NCBI GenBank assembly: GCA_964016885.1
Contig: OZ024740.1
Coordinates: forward strand, 101,990,001-102,054,000
Origin: Eledone cirrhosa
Taxonomy: Eukaryota
Length of the DNA: 64,000 nt
Direction of reading: 5' to 3'
Positions 13,074 to 27,900 of the stretch are shown one piece after another. Made by a program: the position numbers and the translations under genes. Position 1 is the first letter of the stretch. Every line of letters begins with the position of its first letter. Below the pieces are notes generated by a model. It was given only the letters and a program-made list of their open reading frames with translations. It searched no databases and had not been told where the DNA came from.

Positions 13074-13378
13074 TAATTCATTCGGTCCTCAATGTTTACC
13101 ATTGACTGACCAACGGTCAAAAATACAGATATAATATAGATATAAACACATATATATAGTCTAACAAAGTTCTTTCGTTGCACATCTGCATTGTTGTATT
13201 GTATATCTATGGCGTAGATATACAATACAACAGGGGAACATAATAGCACCACTGATGATGTTGCAGATGTGCAACGAAAGAACTTTGTTAGACTATATAT
13301 ATGTGTTTATATCTATATTATATCTGTATTTTTGACCGTTGGTCAGTCAATGGTAAACTTTGAGGACCGAATGAATTA
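13074..13378. mobile_element. Foldback element with hammerhead-like core
   Basis: ~117-bp arms at 13074-13190 and 13262-13378. CTGATGA T GTTGCA gatg TGCAAC GAAA at 13252-13279; stems I and III are poorly resolved. Confidence 0.75.
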
Positions 13379-13652
13379 ACTGTGGAGATATAAACGATAC
13401 AGAAGCGAAAACCAACCAAACAGTGAGTATGTTCTGTTATTATTTCTGGCAATATTATTACAACAATATGACCCTCCCCAAGTACAACAATATATATATA
13501 TGAAAATGTATATAAACATATATAATATGTTTACGTACAATAAACATAAGGGTAGTCTTGCTGCTAAAAAAAATATTTTTTGTAAGGAAAACAATTTTAT
13601 TTTTCTCTATTTCCCTCTATGAATATATCACAGAATTGCCAGTATATTCTGA

Positions 13653-13705
13653 GAATGTCAGACAGCGCTGTTTCAAGATTTGTTAATCTGTCTCCAGTGA
13701 CATTC
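13653..13705 (-). ncRNA. Type I hammerhead with one core change (CTGGAGA), GUC site
   Basis: GAATGTCA-CTGGAGA-C AGATT aaca AATCT T-GAAAC AGCGCT GTC^TGACATTC. Stem I is 8 bp; stem III is the palindrome ACAGCGCTGT. Confidence 0.8.
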
Positions 13706-13951
13706 ACTCAGAACATATTAGCGTGAAGTTGACTATAGTCTATATATAAATTTGCCGGGGAAGCTCATTTGTATATAGCAAACAGAAAACATCACCTAGA
13801 AATGGTCATTTGCATATAATGTGAGTTTGGTTGGTTATTTCAATTGGTGGTAGCACTAAGACTGCATTTAAGCATAATAGAGGTTACCAATGAAATATAA
13901 CCAGCGAAGCCCACACTATATGCAAATGACAGGAAAATGAACACTAAACGA

Positions 13952-13987
<36 letters not shown>

Positions 13988-14045
13988 GCACATATATATA
14001 TATATATATATACACGCATGCACGCACACACACACACATATATAT

Positions 14046-15002
14046 ACTAGACATGAAAAATGCGCAAGCTCAAAAGTGCCACAGAATGTTATAATAAACC
14101 TTCAAAAGTGTGGGACTAGAGTTGTTGCTAAAAAATATTGTAATCATTATATATCGTACATTCTGTGGCATCCTTTATAAAAATAGCTTAAACCAACGAA
14201 GCCTTTATTTTTACGCTATTTCACTTAGTTAATTCTTAGAGTGTAACATATAAAAATATCATTTACAACTATAAAATAAATTAATTAATATAATAACAGA
14301 GCTGCGGAGCTGAAATTTAGGAAATAATGGAGTATCGGATCCTGAGTTGGAGCCAGTCAATTTTTGGCCGACTCCGCAGCCCTGTATAATACATTTCATA
14401 TTAAAGTTATTAATAAACCTATTTTACACTTCATGCAAATTACCACGAGATATTGATATTAGATATAAGATACAGCGCAATATCTACAGCTGTAAAAGTA
14501 CGAAAGCGAAGTAATAATAAGTGGCTTAAGGTAATTCCAATATGAAAGTTTGTAGTGATAAAAATTTGATAATGCAATACGATTGTTAATATTATAGTTC
14601 TATGAAAATGTAACAATAGATAACTAAATTATTTTACTATTAGTATATTTAAGAAATTATCATTATAGATTTGATCGTTCATATAAGCATCATATTAAGT
14701 TTCAACACAATTATTTTGTTACTATGAGTATATGATAATAATATTACGTAATTATTTATAGCTGTTATTACATTAAACATAGATGTATTTATTTTTATAT
14801 GTTACACTCTAAGAATTAACTAAGTGAAATAGCGTAAAAATAAAGGCTTCGTTGGTTTAAGCTATTTTTATAAAGGATGCCACAGAATGTACGATATATA
14901 ATGATTACAATATTTTTTAGCAACAACTCTAGTCCCACACTTTTGAAGGTTTATTATAACATTCTGTGGCACTTTTGAGCTTGCGCATTTTTCATGTCTA
15001 GT
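14046..15002. repeat. 213-bp apparently perfect inverted repeat (14046-14258 / 14790-15002)
   Basis: Direct reverse-complement comparison. Confidence 0.93.
14297..14384. mobile_element. 88-bp MITE (hAT-like)
   Basis: TIRs CAGAGCTGCGGAG / CTCCGCAGCCCTG; 8-bp flanks TATAATAA / TATAATAC. Confidence 0.65.
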
Positions 15003-15557
15003 TTAATATTTTTTTAAGGCAACGCTTGTAATAACTCTAGTTAAACAGGATATATATTAATAATAAATTATCGTTGTAATGTAATTAGATTATGTAATTG
15101 TTATTATAAATTATCTTATAAATATTAGTGTAAGATGTATAAAAATATTTTCAGACTTTTAATATAAACAACTACAAAAAACAATCAATATTAAATCAAT
15201 ATATTATACATAATAGAAAACATAAAATATACAATACAAAAACAAAATATTTACATACAATTGCAATTATCAGTGTATATACATTTTCTTTATATTCCCT
15301 GAGCAAATTAATAAGATTTGTTTTTATTGTACATAATTTGATGACTTGTTGGAGTGTATTAAAAGATAGCAACAATTTGTGATTAAATTGTTATCTTAAG
15401 CAACTCACTTTTTAATAGTTGTTGGCTGAGCGAAATTGTAAAAGCCTATGAGCAAATATAAAAAAAAATACACAAACAACATTTCCTTGTGTTATTACAA
15501 CATTAGATAAAATAATTGAGCAATGTCGTTATATTTTGCTCTTATTGCACATTAATA

Positions 15558-15725
15558 GTGTTTCTATTTTTCGGCACAAATCCATTACGGCAGTCCATTA
15601 CTGGTACTTTATTTTATCGAATTAGTAAGTATGAAAGTCGAAGTTAACCTCGGCAGGATTTGAACTTAGAATGCAAAGGACCATAACAATACTGCAAAGC
15701 ATGGTGTCTGACGCTCTACCAATAC
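15558..15725 (-). mobile_element. SINE family 1, diverged
   Basis: Similarity to the family consensus. Confidence 0.8.
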
Positions 15726-16119
15726 TTGTGTTGAGCTGGTCATTAATTTATGGTGGTCGTGCGTGGAGTAGAGCAATCGCTAGTTGAAATATTATGAACA
15801 AAACATTTTTATTTGCCGAAGAACATATTTTCAATACTGTTTGTGAATGTGACGAAGGAAATACATTCTGATATGGAACAGTGTACAACGTGTGTCTGTG
15901 AATAACATAATGTTACCTCATGTTGTTGTCAAGACATAATGGATTTCGTATATCCAGTTAGAAGATGAAATCTAGCCATCTCGGATTAGTTATATTTCAT
16001 GCCATGTGTAAACGTGTTTGAGGATAGCAAAATATGCGCGTTAATTATAATAATTAGTTAATAATATTACAAAATATACCTAATTAAACTCTTTGCTTGA
16101 AATTTTATCATTCTTCGTT

Positions 16120-16154
<35 letters not shown>

Positions 16155-16778
16155 GGAGAGAGATTTATCTAGTCCTTCGCTCAAGATTAATCTATAAGTT
16201 TAGATGTTTGCCTTCGTTTAAGTAAATATTACAGTAAGATTTTTAATATAAACAACTACAAAAAACAATTAATATTAAAACGAAAAAATTATCAATGATA
16301 AAAGAAGCGGATGCAACTTTTTTTTTTATAAAGTTATATTCCTGTTTCTTTAAAGAACATTTCATTTTTGTTCTATTGTAGGCGAAATAATGCAATGGTT
16401 TAATAGGGAAGATATAACTTACGAATTATGTCTCTAACCGTGTAACGCTTTTTAAGTAGATAACTACAATTGAAAATACTAAAGAAATGGAACCAACAAT
16501 TCAATTTGAAAGTCGTCTAGTGACAGTGTATTACTGGTACTTTATTTTATCGACCCCGTAACGATGAAAGGCAAAAATGCAAATGCTTAAAATTTAAATT
16601 GCCTTAATTCTATCGTCTGCTGTTTCATTAAAGGGAGATTATCGTCTGTATTTAATTCTATCGTCTACTGTTCCACTAAACAGATATACCTCCACTATCG
16701 TCTCTATTTATACATTTTAACTTATAACTTATACACATTTGATTTGAAATATTTTATCTAGTCCCCCCTCTCAATATT

Positions 16779-16830
16779 ATGATGATTTCTTTCGAATGAA
16801 ACAGTTCTAGTCCTGTAGAAACCATTTATA
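16779..16830 (+). mobile_element. Family A hammerhead fragment (5'-truncated)
   Basis: ATGATGA TTTC tttc GAAT GAAACAG ttctagtc CTGTA GAAACC, followed by (TA)n. Confidence 0.7.
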
Positions 16831-17566
16831 TATATAATTGAACTGAGTTAAAAATTCACAATATTTATAATTAAATAAGCTCATATATATATGTGTGTAT
16901 TTATCTGTTTATTGTATTATATATAATGTGTGTATATACAGGATGTCCCCCAAAAATATATACACACTTCAACAGCATTCTAATAACTATTGCCTGTACA
17001 GGTAATCAAAGTGTCAATCGAATGTTAGTTTCGTGTTTTAACAGTACAAATTTACAATACACACATAAAACCAGTGTATATACATACATGAGTGTGTATA
17101 CACATACATGAATGTGTATATACAATATATATGTATATATATATAGACACATATATTCACGGTGCAACGGTACATTAAAATATAGATGCGGGAGAGGGGG
17201 GGGGTATATATAGGGGCGCTGGGGATAAAGGAGTGTAAAGCGTGTGTAATTGATATATTGAAGGAGAGGAGCGTGCAGCGATAGAGTAACAAATATATAG
17301 AGAGGGGGAGAGATGGTATTGAAGGGGAGGAGTGCAAAGCGAAAGAGTAAGAGATATATATAGAGACGGAACAGATAGAGAGAAACAGGCGTAAGTAACA
17401 GTGGAAGAGATATAGAGAGAGGTACTCTGATTGGTTGAAAATTAGCCAATGACATACGATCACCACCCACCACGGCTATCCCCGAAAAATTTTTTAAGAA
17501 GCTACGCATATATGTTAGAACACGAAAAGTGAACATTCTGTTGTTTCACACTTTTCGTGTTCTAAC

Positions 17567-17641
<75 letters not shown>

Positions 17642-17919
17642 GTATTTATTGTTTACCACAGTTGTTCCTTACAATTATGCCTCTAATTATTGAGAAACTG
17701 GTTATGTAACTGCTTCAGCTCCTGTCCTTGGAATTTGAACTTAATAAACCAGATAGAATATAGCAAATTAAGAAATTACAATTACAAGTCATTAATGAGA
17801 AACATTTCAGAAATTTAGCCTGTATTAGGTACATATACTCTAATATAGATAGAAACTGCAAAATGTGTATGTCTGTCCCTATGTTTGTATTTATGTTTAT
17901 ACTGGCCTAAAGACATGTT

Positions 17920-18530
17920 AATTTAGCAGAATTGGTAAAGTGTCGGACACCATACTTTGCAGCATAGAGTTATGGCCCTTTACGTTCTGGGTTCAAATCC
18001 TGTTGAAGTTAGCTTTGCCTTTCATCCTTACGGTGTCGATAAAATAAAGCATCAGTAATGCACTGGGTCAATTTAATCAACTTCCCCCAAAAAAAATTGC
18101 TGGCCTTGTGCTGGCCTAGTAGAAATCATTATTTATTGGCAGTATCGGTAGAGAGTCGGACACCATGCTTTGAAGCATAGAGTTACGTCCCTTTATGATC
18201 TGAGTTCAAATCCCGCCGAGGTTAACTTTGCCTTTCATCCTTACGGGGTCGATAAAATAAAGTACCAGTAATGTACTGAGTAATTGCTGGCCTTGTGCCT
18301 AAAATAGAACAATTATTTATGTTAAAGGCAGTGAACTGGCAGTATCATTGGAGTGTTGAACAACATGCTTTTTGGTATATAGTTGTGGCCTTTTATGTTC
18401 TGAGTACAAATCTTGCCGAGGTTAGCTTTGACTTTCATCGTTACAGGGTCAATAAAATAAAGTACCAGTAATGCACTGGGGTTAATTTTCCCTTCAAATC
18501 TGATCTTGTGCCAAAAGTAGACAGAATTAT
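17920..18530 (+). mobile_element. Three head-to-tail SINE family 1 copies of different divergence
   Basis: Copies at ~17920-18132, 18137-18318 and 18335-18530. Confidence 0.88.
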
Positions 18531-18593
18531 TTATCTTATGTTCACTTAAGTTCCATATCTTAGAGTTCCAACAAATAGATATCAATAAATTAA

Positions 18594-18814
18594 CCCTTTA
18601 ACATTTACATTACTCTATATTTACTATTGTATTTTCATGGCAAACACTTTATTTCACATAATTATCTCACATAATATCGAATATACGAGATTTTGATATT
18701 ATATATTTTGAGAACATTACCTTAACATAAGTATAAGCAGCCGATTACGGCCAGTTTAAACAGAAAGACATGAGAGAATTCTGGCTGGATATGGCTGGTT
18801 TAAATGCTAAAGGG
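18594..18814. mobile_element. piggyBac-type (TTAA) MITE
   Basis: TTAA|CCCTTTAACATTTA ... TAAATGCTAAAGGG|TTAA. Confidence 0.75.
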
Positions 18815-19668
18815 TTAAAGAAGTATATAACTGGCTTGGTAAGATTGACTAAAATCTTTGAAAGTGTTGCTCCAGCATGGCTGCAATCCAGTGACTGAAA
18901 CCAGTCAAACAATAAGAATATTAATACATGCAATCAGTTATAAAACAGACAGAGAGACTGAAAGTAAAGTAAACTAAAATATTTTGTGCAGAACACATCC
19001 TCTATGTAGTGAGATACAGTGTTTAAGTCCCAGCTGTCACAGCAGTGAAAACAGTCACATTATTCACTCATAGAAACCAGCTGATACACCACCACCCCTT
19101 TTTAGTCATACTACTTCTACTCCTCCTCTTTCCCTTCTTCTCTCTGTTGTATATGATACAGACACACAGACACAGACTGACACACTCAGTCACATACAAT
19201 CATGCATCATGCATACACGCACATTTAGTGTGTGTATATATATAAACTCACTTTACAGACTTGAGTTACTCTATTCCTTGGATAATTTTACCTACCTATT
19301 ATACATATATATGTGTGTGTGTTTGTGTTTCTTTATATATATATATATATATATATTCACTCGGAAGATGTTAATTTGGGAACCAAGTCTTTTAGATAAA
19401 AATACCAATTTGATAACATTATACCTGATTATATGTGGCTTCCACTGCATACACACATGTAAATAGTTATATATACGTATGTGTGTAGTATGCACAAATA
19501 TATGCGGTGATCACATTGGGACTGATCTGCTTCTACGAGTTTATAAACTTGTATAAGCACCTGAGGATAGGTCACAATTTTGATCCCTCTTGTATTCTGG
19601 AGGTGTGGTCAAAATTGATCATTGAAACCTTGGGTAGCACTTTTGTTCCATGTATGAACATAAATAAT

Positions 19669-19778
19669 ATAATTGTTTCTACTTTTGGCACAAGGCCAGC
19701 AATTACCCAGTACATTACTGGTACTTTATTTTATCGACCCCATAAGGATGAAAGACAAAGTTAACCTCGGCGGGATTT
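19669..19778 (-). mobile_element. SINE family 1, 3' half
   Basis: Consensus match. Confidence 0.85.
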
Positions 19779-19789
19779 TAAATAATATA

Positions 19790-19833
<44 letters not shown>

Positions 19834-19849
19834 GTGTAATGTCTGTCTT

Positions 19850-20292
<443 letters not shown>

Positions 20293-21019
20293 TAAAAAAA
20301 AAGCACCCAGCACTCACTGTAAATGAGGTTGGTGTTAGGAAGGGCATCCAGCTGTAGAAATCAAGCCAGAATCTGTTCCCGTCCCACCCTTGCAAGCAGG
20401 GAAACACGGACGTAAAATGAAATGATGATGAAAATGATATATATATAATATATATATACACACACACATATATTTGCCATTAGCATGTGATATATTACAT
20501 ACATAAGCACACAAGATACATGCCCACCACTTACATACATACATGCGTACACACACATATTATATTACCAACAAACAAATACACTCTCACACACACAGCT
20601 CACTCTCTCTTACTCTTTCTTTCTCTTGCTCATTTCCTTATCTTTCCTTGCTTTTTGTCTTTTGCTTAACATGTTGCTTAGTAATTTTATTTGCATAGGT
20701 CTAAACAACAACAGCTACTGCTATTACTACTACTACTACTATTACAGCCACTTATATTATTACCACTACTACTATAGCCGCTAATATTACTACTAGTACT
20801 AATACTACTACTACTACTTATCACCACAATCATGGGAATTAAATGGAATGGAATGGACCTGCTTTGGTTTCAACGATGACTGTTCCACTTGTTCAATCAA
20901 TGAACCAGCCTGCTTGTGGAATTAACATGCAATTGGTTGAACATTGCTGAGACATGTGTACCCTTCAGATAGTTCTCAGGGAGATTCAGCATGACAATGT
21001 GTGTGACATGGCTAGTCTA

Positions 21020-21305
21020 GTCTAAAGTCTGTCTTGAGCTAGAAGGCTCGTTAGGCTGGTGCTTATCCCGGTCTCATGGCGTGAAGCGACTAAAAGTACA
21101 AGACTCCCCACTGGACAGGATGCCAGTCCAACACCGGGTTAAACCCCCAGCTATTGCTGGTACTCATTTTCAGCTGAGTATACTGGAGTAATGGGAAATG
21201 AAGTGTTTTGCTCAAGAACACAACGTACAACCCAGCCCAGGAATCAAACCCACAACATTATGATTGTAAGTCGAACACCCATACCACTAGGCTACGCACC
21301 CCCAC
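21020..21305 (-). mobile_element. SINE family 2 inserted into an older repeat
   Basis: Homologous to 19850-20093. GTGTGACATGGCT is duplicated at ~21001 and ~21312 (TSD-like). The uninterrupted host repeat is seen at 55015-55160. Confidence 0.8.
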
Positions 21306-21519
21306 TTAAGAGTGTGACATGGCTGGCCCTTTGAATTACAAGTACAATTCATCTGACAAGCTTCCAAACAGTTACTGTCTAACCAGTTTCTTTCACAAGG
21401 CATGGGTTGGCCTGTATCTAGGGTAGATGTCATTTGTCTAAAATGCTACAAAGTGGAATTAAAATCAGAACCTAAGATGTGCAAATTTGGCACTACTGTG
21501 CCATGACATTATCATTATT

Positions 21520-21892
21520 GGAACTTGGCAGTATTGGTAGAGTGCTGGACAAAATGCTTGACTTCAAATCCTACCAAGGTTAGCTTTCCGTTTCATCCTT
21601 ACGAGGTCGATAAAATAAAGTACCAGTAATGCAATGGGATCAATTTAATCGACTTTCCCTCCCTCAAAATTGTTGGCCTCATGCCTTAATCAGAAATCAT
21701 TATTGGAACTTGGCAGTATCGGTAGAGTGTCGGACACCATACTTTGACGCATAGAGTTACGGCCGTTGCCATTCTGAGTTCAAATTCCGCCGCGGTTAAC
21801 TTTGCCTTTCATCCTTACGGGGTCGATACAATAAAGTACCAGTAATACACTGGGTAATTGCTGGCCTTGTGCCAAAAGTAGAAACAATTATT
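21520..21892 (+). mobile_element. Two tandem SINE family 1 copies
   Basis: Both are preceded by TCATTATTGGAACT, which recurs in part at 21889. Confidence 0.85.
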
Positions 21893-22074
21893 GGAACTAC
21901 CACTCTCACCATTAGTATTTCTACTACCATCCACAGTATCACCTTTAATGACAACAACAATCACAACACTATACCATCTATTATAACAATAATCACTACT
22001 TCTAACAATATTAATGCAACAGCTACTACCACTACCACACACACTACCACCATTACTGCCACTACCACCCATGC

Positions 22075-22540
22075 CATCATCATCATCATCGTTTAACGTC
22101 TATCTTCCACGCTAGCATGGGTTTAGATGGGAATTGTCCCACTTGAGGCAAGATTGGTTGTCTTGCTCGTGTAGGACTGTCTGGCAGGTTTTCTACGGCT
22201 GGATGCCCTTCTTAACACCAACCACGTTTACAGTGTGGACTGGGAGGTTTTTACCGTGTTACCTACATGGCCACATTACAGCGTGGACTGGGTGTTTTTG
22301 TCGTGACACCTACACGCCCTCATTTGTTTAGGACTGGATGTTGTGGTACCAACATAACTTTACATTGAAAGGGGTGGTGTTGATGGGGGTGGGGGTGTAT
22401 ATTTGGTTAAGAGGTGCCTACTGACTGTAGGTTTCGCTTCGTACATAGGCAAGGCGGGTCTTCTGTATTACTGCATAGCGCCAAAGATCTCGGTCCAGTG
22501 ACATTGTCTTAGAGAGGTGCAAGTGTGTAAGGTCGGAATG
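22075..22540 (-). mobile_element. RTE LINE 3' fragment
   Basis: Similar to 7028-7500. Confidence 0.88.
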
Positions 22541-22559
22541 TAACAGCATCAGCATATCT

Positions 22560-25500
22560 CCTTCACCACTATTAACCACCACCATTACCACTATCCATCA
22601 TCGTCACCATCTCCACCACCATTGGCCACCAACAACAACAACCCAACCATCACCACTACCACCACCACTACCATCATCATCACCACCACCACCACTGCCA
22701 CCACCTCCACCACTACCTCCCCCATCATCACCACCACTGTCAACACCACCACCGTCATCATTATCACCACTGTCAACACTACCACCACCATCACCACCAC
22801 CACCATCACCACTGTCAACACCACCACCATCACCACCACCACCACCACCATCACCATCATCACCACCACCACCATCATCATCATGGTGTCAACACTACCA
22901 CCACCATCACCACCACCATCACCACTGTCAACACCACCACCATCACCACCACCACCACCATCACCATCATCACCACCACCACCATCATCATCATGGTGTC
23001 AACACTACCACCACCATCACCACCACCATCACCACTGTCAACACCACCACCATCATCATCATGGTGTCAACACTACCACCACCATCACCACCACCACCAT
23101 CACCACTGTCAACACTACCACCACCATCACCACCACCACCATCACCACTGTCAACACTACCACCACAATCACCACCACCACCACATTCACCACCACTGTC
23201 CACACCACCACCATCATCACCACTACTACACCACCACCATCATGGTGTCAACACTACCACCACCATCACCACCACCACCATCACCACTGTCAACACTACC
23301 ACCACAATCACCACCACCACCACCACCATCACCACTGTCAACACTACCACCACAATCACCACCACCACCACCACCATCACCACTGTCAACACCACCACCA
23401 TCACCACCACCACCACCATCACCATCATCACCACCACCACCATCATCACCACCATCACCATCTTCACTGCCTCCACCTCAATCTATTAGTGGTTATCTAC
23501 TTCGGTATGTTGATTAGTTAGCTGGTATCTTTATGTGGGGTTTTTTTCCTCTTCAGCTTTATTCAATGCAATCTATTGTACAAACAGCAGGGGCTGGGAG
23601 GAGGTGCGGCAGGAGGTAATGTTATTGTTGCTGTTGTTGTTGTTGTTTGTTTGTTTATTTTTCCTTTATTTCATTTATCCTTGTTGTTGCTGCTGCTACT
23701 GTTATAATTGTTGTATTGGTGGTTATAGAATTATTTAGTGATGCATTTCTACTTTTAAATCCCTCATTCTCTCATGTATCTCCACCACCACCACCACCAT
23801 CCCTTCCTCCAGCACCACCACCACCACCTCCTCCAGCAGCAGCTGTACCACTACCACCACCACCACCAACGTCATTCATTACAACAGTTACAACAATTAT
23901 CATCACCACCACCACCACTATCTCCAACACCACCACCACCACAACTATCTCCACCACCACCACCGCTATCTCCACTACCACCACCATTATCTCCACCGCC
24001 ACCACTATCTCCACTACCACCACCACTTTCTCCACCACCACCACTATCTCCACCACCACCACCGCTATCTCCACTACCACCACCATTATCTCCACCGCCA
24101 CCACTATCTCCACTACCACCACCACTTTCTCCACCACCACCACTTTCTCCACCACCACCACTATCTCCACCACCGCCACCACTATCTCCACCACCACCAC
24201 CACTATCTCCACCACCACCACTATCGCCACCACCACCACCACTATCTCCACCACCACCACCACCACTATCTCCACCACCACCACTATCGCCACCACCACC
24301 ACCACTATCTCCACCACCACCACCACTATCGCCACCACCACCACCACTATCTCCACCACCAGCACCACTATCTCCACCACTATCTCCACCACCACCATCT
24401 CCACCACTATCGCCACCACCAATATCACCACCACCACCACCACTATCTCCACCACCACCACCACTATCTCCACCACCACCACTATCGCCACCACCACCAC
24501 CACTATCTCCACCACCACCACCACTATCGCCACCACCACCACCACTATCTCCACCACCACCACTATCGCCACCACCACCACCACTATCTCCACCACCACC
24601 ACCACTATCGCCACCACCACCACCACTATCTCCACCACCAGCACCACTATCTCCACCACTATCTCCACCACCACCATCTCCACCACTATCGCCACCACCA
24701 ATATCACCACCACCACCACCACTATCTCCACCACCACCACCACTATCTCCACCAATATCTCCACCACCATCTCCACCACTATCGCCACCACCACTATCTC
24801 CACCAATAACACCAATAACACCACCACCACCACGGCTAACACCAATAACACCACCACCACTGCTAACACCAATAACACCACCACCACTGCTAACACCAAT
24901 AACACCACCACCACTGCTAACACCAATAACACCACCATGTCCACCAACAATATCTCCACCACAATCATCAACACCATCACATCACCAACTCCACCACCAC
25001 CACTACTGCTACCATCTCCACCACCACCATCAACACCATCACATCACGACCACCACCACCACCACAACCACTACTGCTACCATCTCCACCACCACCATCA
25101 ACACCATCACATCACCACCACCACCACTACTGCTACCATCTCCACCACAACCATCAACACCATCACCACCACCACCACCACCACTACTGCTACCATCTCC
25201 ACCACCACCATCAACACCATCACATCACCACCACCACCACCACCACTACTGCTACCATCTCCACCACAACCATCAACACCATCACCACCACCACCACCAC
25301 CACTACTGCTACCATCTCCACCACCACCATCAACACCATCACATCACCACCACCACCACCACCACTACTGCTACCATCTCCACCACAATCATCAACACCA
25401 TCACATCACCACCACCACCACCACCACTACTGCTACCATCTCCACCACAACCATCAACACCATCACATCACCACCACCACCACCACCACTACTGCTACCA

Positions 25501-27265
25501 TCTCCACCACAACCATCAACACCATCACATCACCACCACCACCACCACCATCAACACTATCACATCACCACCACCACCACCACCACTACTGCTACCACCA
25601 CCACCACCACCATCAACACCATCACATCACCACCACAACCATCAACACCATCACATCACCACCACCACCACTACTGCTACCATCTCCACCACAACCATCA
25701 TCACCATCATCACTGCCACCATTACGACTACCACCAAACAACAACAACTATCATCATTATCATTATGGATTGGCAGTATCGGTAGAGGTTCGGACGCCAT
25801 GCTTTGACGCATAGAGTTACGGCCCTTGCCATTCTGAGTTCAAATCCCGCCGAGGTTAACTTTGCCTTTCATCCTTACGGGGTCGATAAAATAAAGTACC
25901 AGTAATGTACTGGGTAATTTTCTGGCCTTGTGCCAATAGTAGAAACAATTATCATTAATAGTCAACCTTGAACATAACACTCATTGTTTCTCTATCCTTT
26001 CCACTACCCCCCGCTACCATTATCAACACCACCACCACAACCACCACCACCCCGAATACTACTTCCAGATCATCATAAACATGACCACCAGCTCTACCAT
26101 TATTGCTATCATAACCACACCATCACTACTGTTGCCATCGCATCACCACTACACCACCACCACCAACATCACTATACCTTCACTGCCACCACTACACCAC
26201 TGCCACCACCATCACTACACCTTTACTGCCACCACTACATCACCATCACTACCACGACCACTATCATCACTACACCACTATCACTGCCACTACACCACCA
26301 CCACAACTACACCACCAACACCAACACCATCACTACACCACTACGACTGCCACTGCATCAGCACCACTACACCACCACCACAATCATCACTACACGTTTA
26401 CCGCCACCGTTACACCATAATCACCACAACCATCACTACACCACCATCACCACTACTACACCACCACCACCATCGTCACTACACCAACACCACCACTACA
26501 CCACCATCACCACAACCATCACTACACCACCATCACCACTACACCACCATCACCACAACCATCACTACACCAACACCACCACTACACCACCATCACCACA
26601 ACCATCACTACACCACCATCAGTACACCAGCACCACCACTACACCACCACCATCATCACTACACCTTTACCGCCACTACTACACCACCATCACCATTACC
26701 ACTACACCACCATCACTACACCAGCACCACCACTATACCATCACCACAACCATCACTACACCACCATCACCACTACACCACCAACACTACACCAGCACCA
26801 CCACTACACCATCACCACAACCATCACTACACCACCATCACCACTACCACTACACCACCACCACTACACCATCACCACAACCATCACTACACCACCATCA
26901 CCACTACCACTACATCACGACCACTACACCACCACCACTACACCATCACCACAACCATCACTACACCACCCTCATCACCACCACTACACCACCATCACTA
27001 CACCATCACCACCACTACACCACCATCACTACACCATCACCACCACTACACCACCATCACTACACCATCACCCATCCATTAGATACATGAAAGAGCTAAG
27101 TTTTTTGTCTTATACTTCCTTTATATTATATCTGCCGCTACTCTTATTGCTGTCGTCGCTGTTACTGGTGGTAGTGGTGGTGGTGCTGGTGCTGGTAGTG
27201 GTGGTAGTGGTGATGGTGGTGGTGGTGGTGGTGGTGATGGTGATGATGGTGGTGGTGGTGGTACT
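22560..27265. repeat. (CAC/CAT)n-derived compound satellite with several sub-arrays
   Basis: Sub-arrays marked by CACTGTCAA (22730-23400), ACTATCTCC (23915-24800), GCTACCATCTCC (25005-25690) and ACTACACC (26140-27070). Confidence 0.95.
25770..25952 (+). mobile_element. SINE family 1, full length
   Basis: A/B boxes, core and tail present. Confidence 0.9.
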
Positions 27266-27369
27266 GATGCTGTTGTTGCACTTAATGGTGGGGAGGGAGA
27301 ATGTTGGGTGGGTGTTGGTAATTTTTTTTTGTAAAATTTATTGATGTCTCTATAATGCATGTCTGTTTA

Positions 27370-27376
27370 TGCATAT

Positions 27377-27418
<42 letters not shown>

Positions 27419-27463
27419 TAAACACATAATATTACATATATATATATATATACTAAACATATA

Positions 27464-27503
<40 letters not shown>

Positions 27504-27506
27504 TTA

Positions 27507-27542
<36 letters not shown>

Positions 27543-27777
27543 TAAACACATACATATTATATGTATATATATATATATACTAAACACACACATATATATA
27601 TAGAGAGATACACTAAACACACACACGCATATATATATATATACACTAACACTAAACACACACATATAAATATATATATATACGTGGAAAAGTAAGAAAT
27701 CGAAGAATAGACCGTTAAAACATGTTTACCGTATTAAACATGTTTACTGTATTACCGTATATATATATATACACTAA

Positions 27778-27808
<31 letters not shown>

Positions 27809-27823
27809 CTCTAAACACACACG

Positions 27824-27894
<71 letters not shown>

Positions 27895-27900
27895 ATATAT
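27370..27900. repeat. Compound (TA)n/(CA)n array with a recurring CTAAACACAC spacer
   Basis: Read directly from the sequence. Confidence 0.9.

Larger units (their letters stand above)
14047..17569 (-). mobile_element. Possible non-autonomous Helitron-like element (~3.5 kb) with inverted copy of its 3' end
   Basis: On the minus strand it starts A|TC at 17569 and ends CTAG|T at 14047, both ends in (TA)n. Linkage of the two ends is inferred. Confidence 0.4.

Noticed and set aside
16935-17045. Tc1/mariner end (TACAGGATGTCCC)
   Set aside because: No matching second TIR was found
23647-25807. 712-aa and 677-aa mucin/extensin-like ORFs
   Set aside because: They are open in several frames and on both strands because CAC repeats lack stops. 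There is no non-repetitive domain or splice evidence.
25770-25860. tRNA genes at SINE heads
   Set aside because: A/B boxes run into a shared SINE body and no complete cloverleaf is evident
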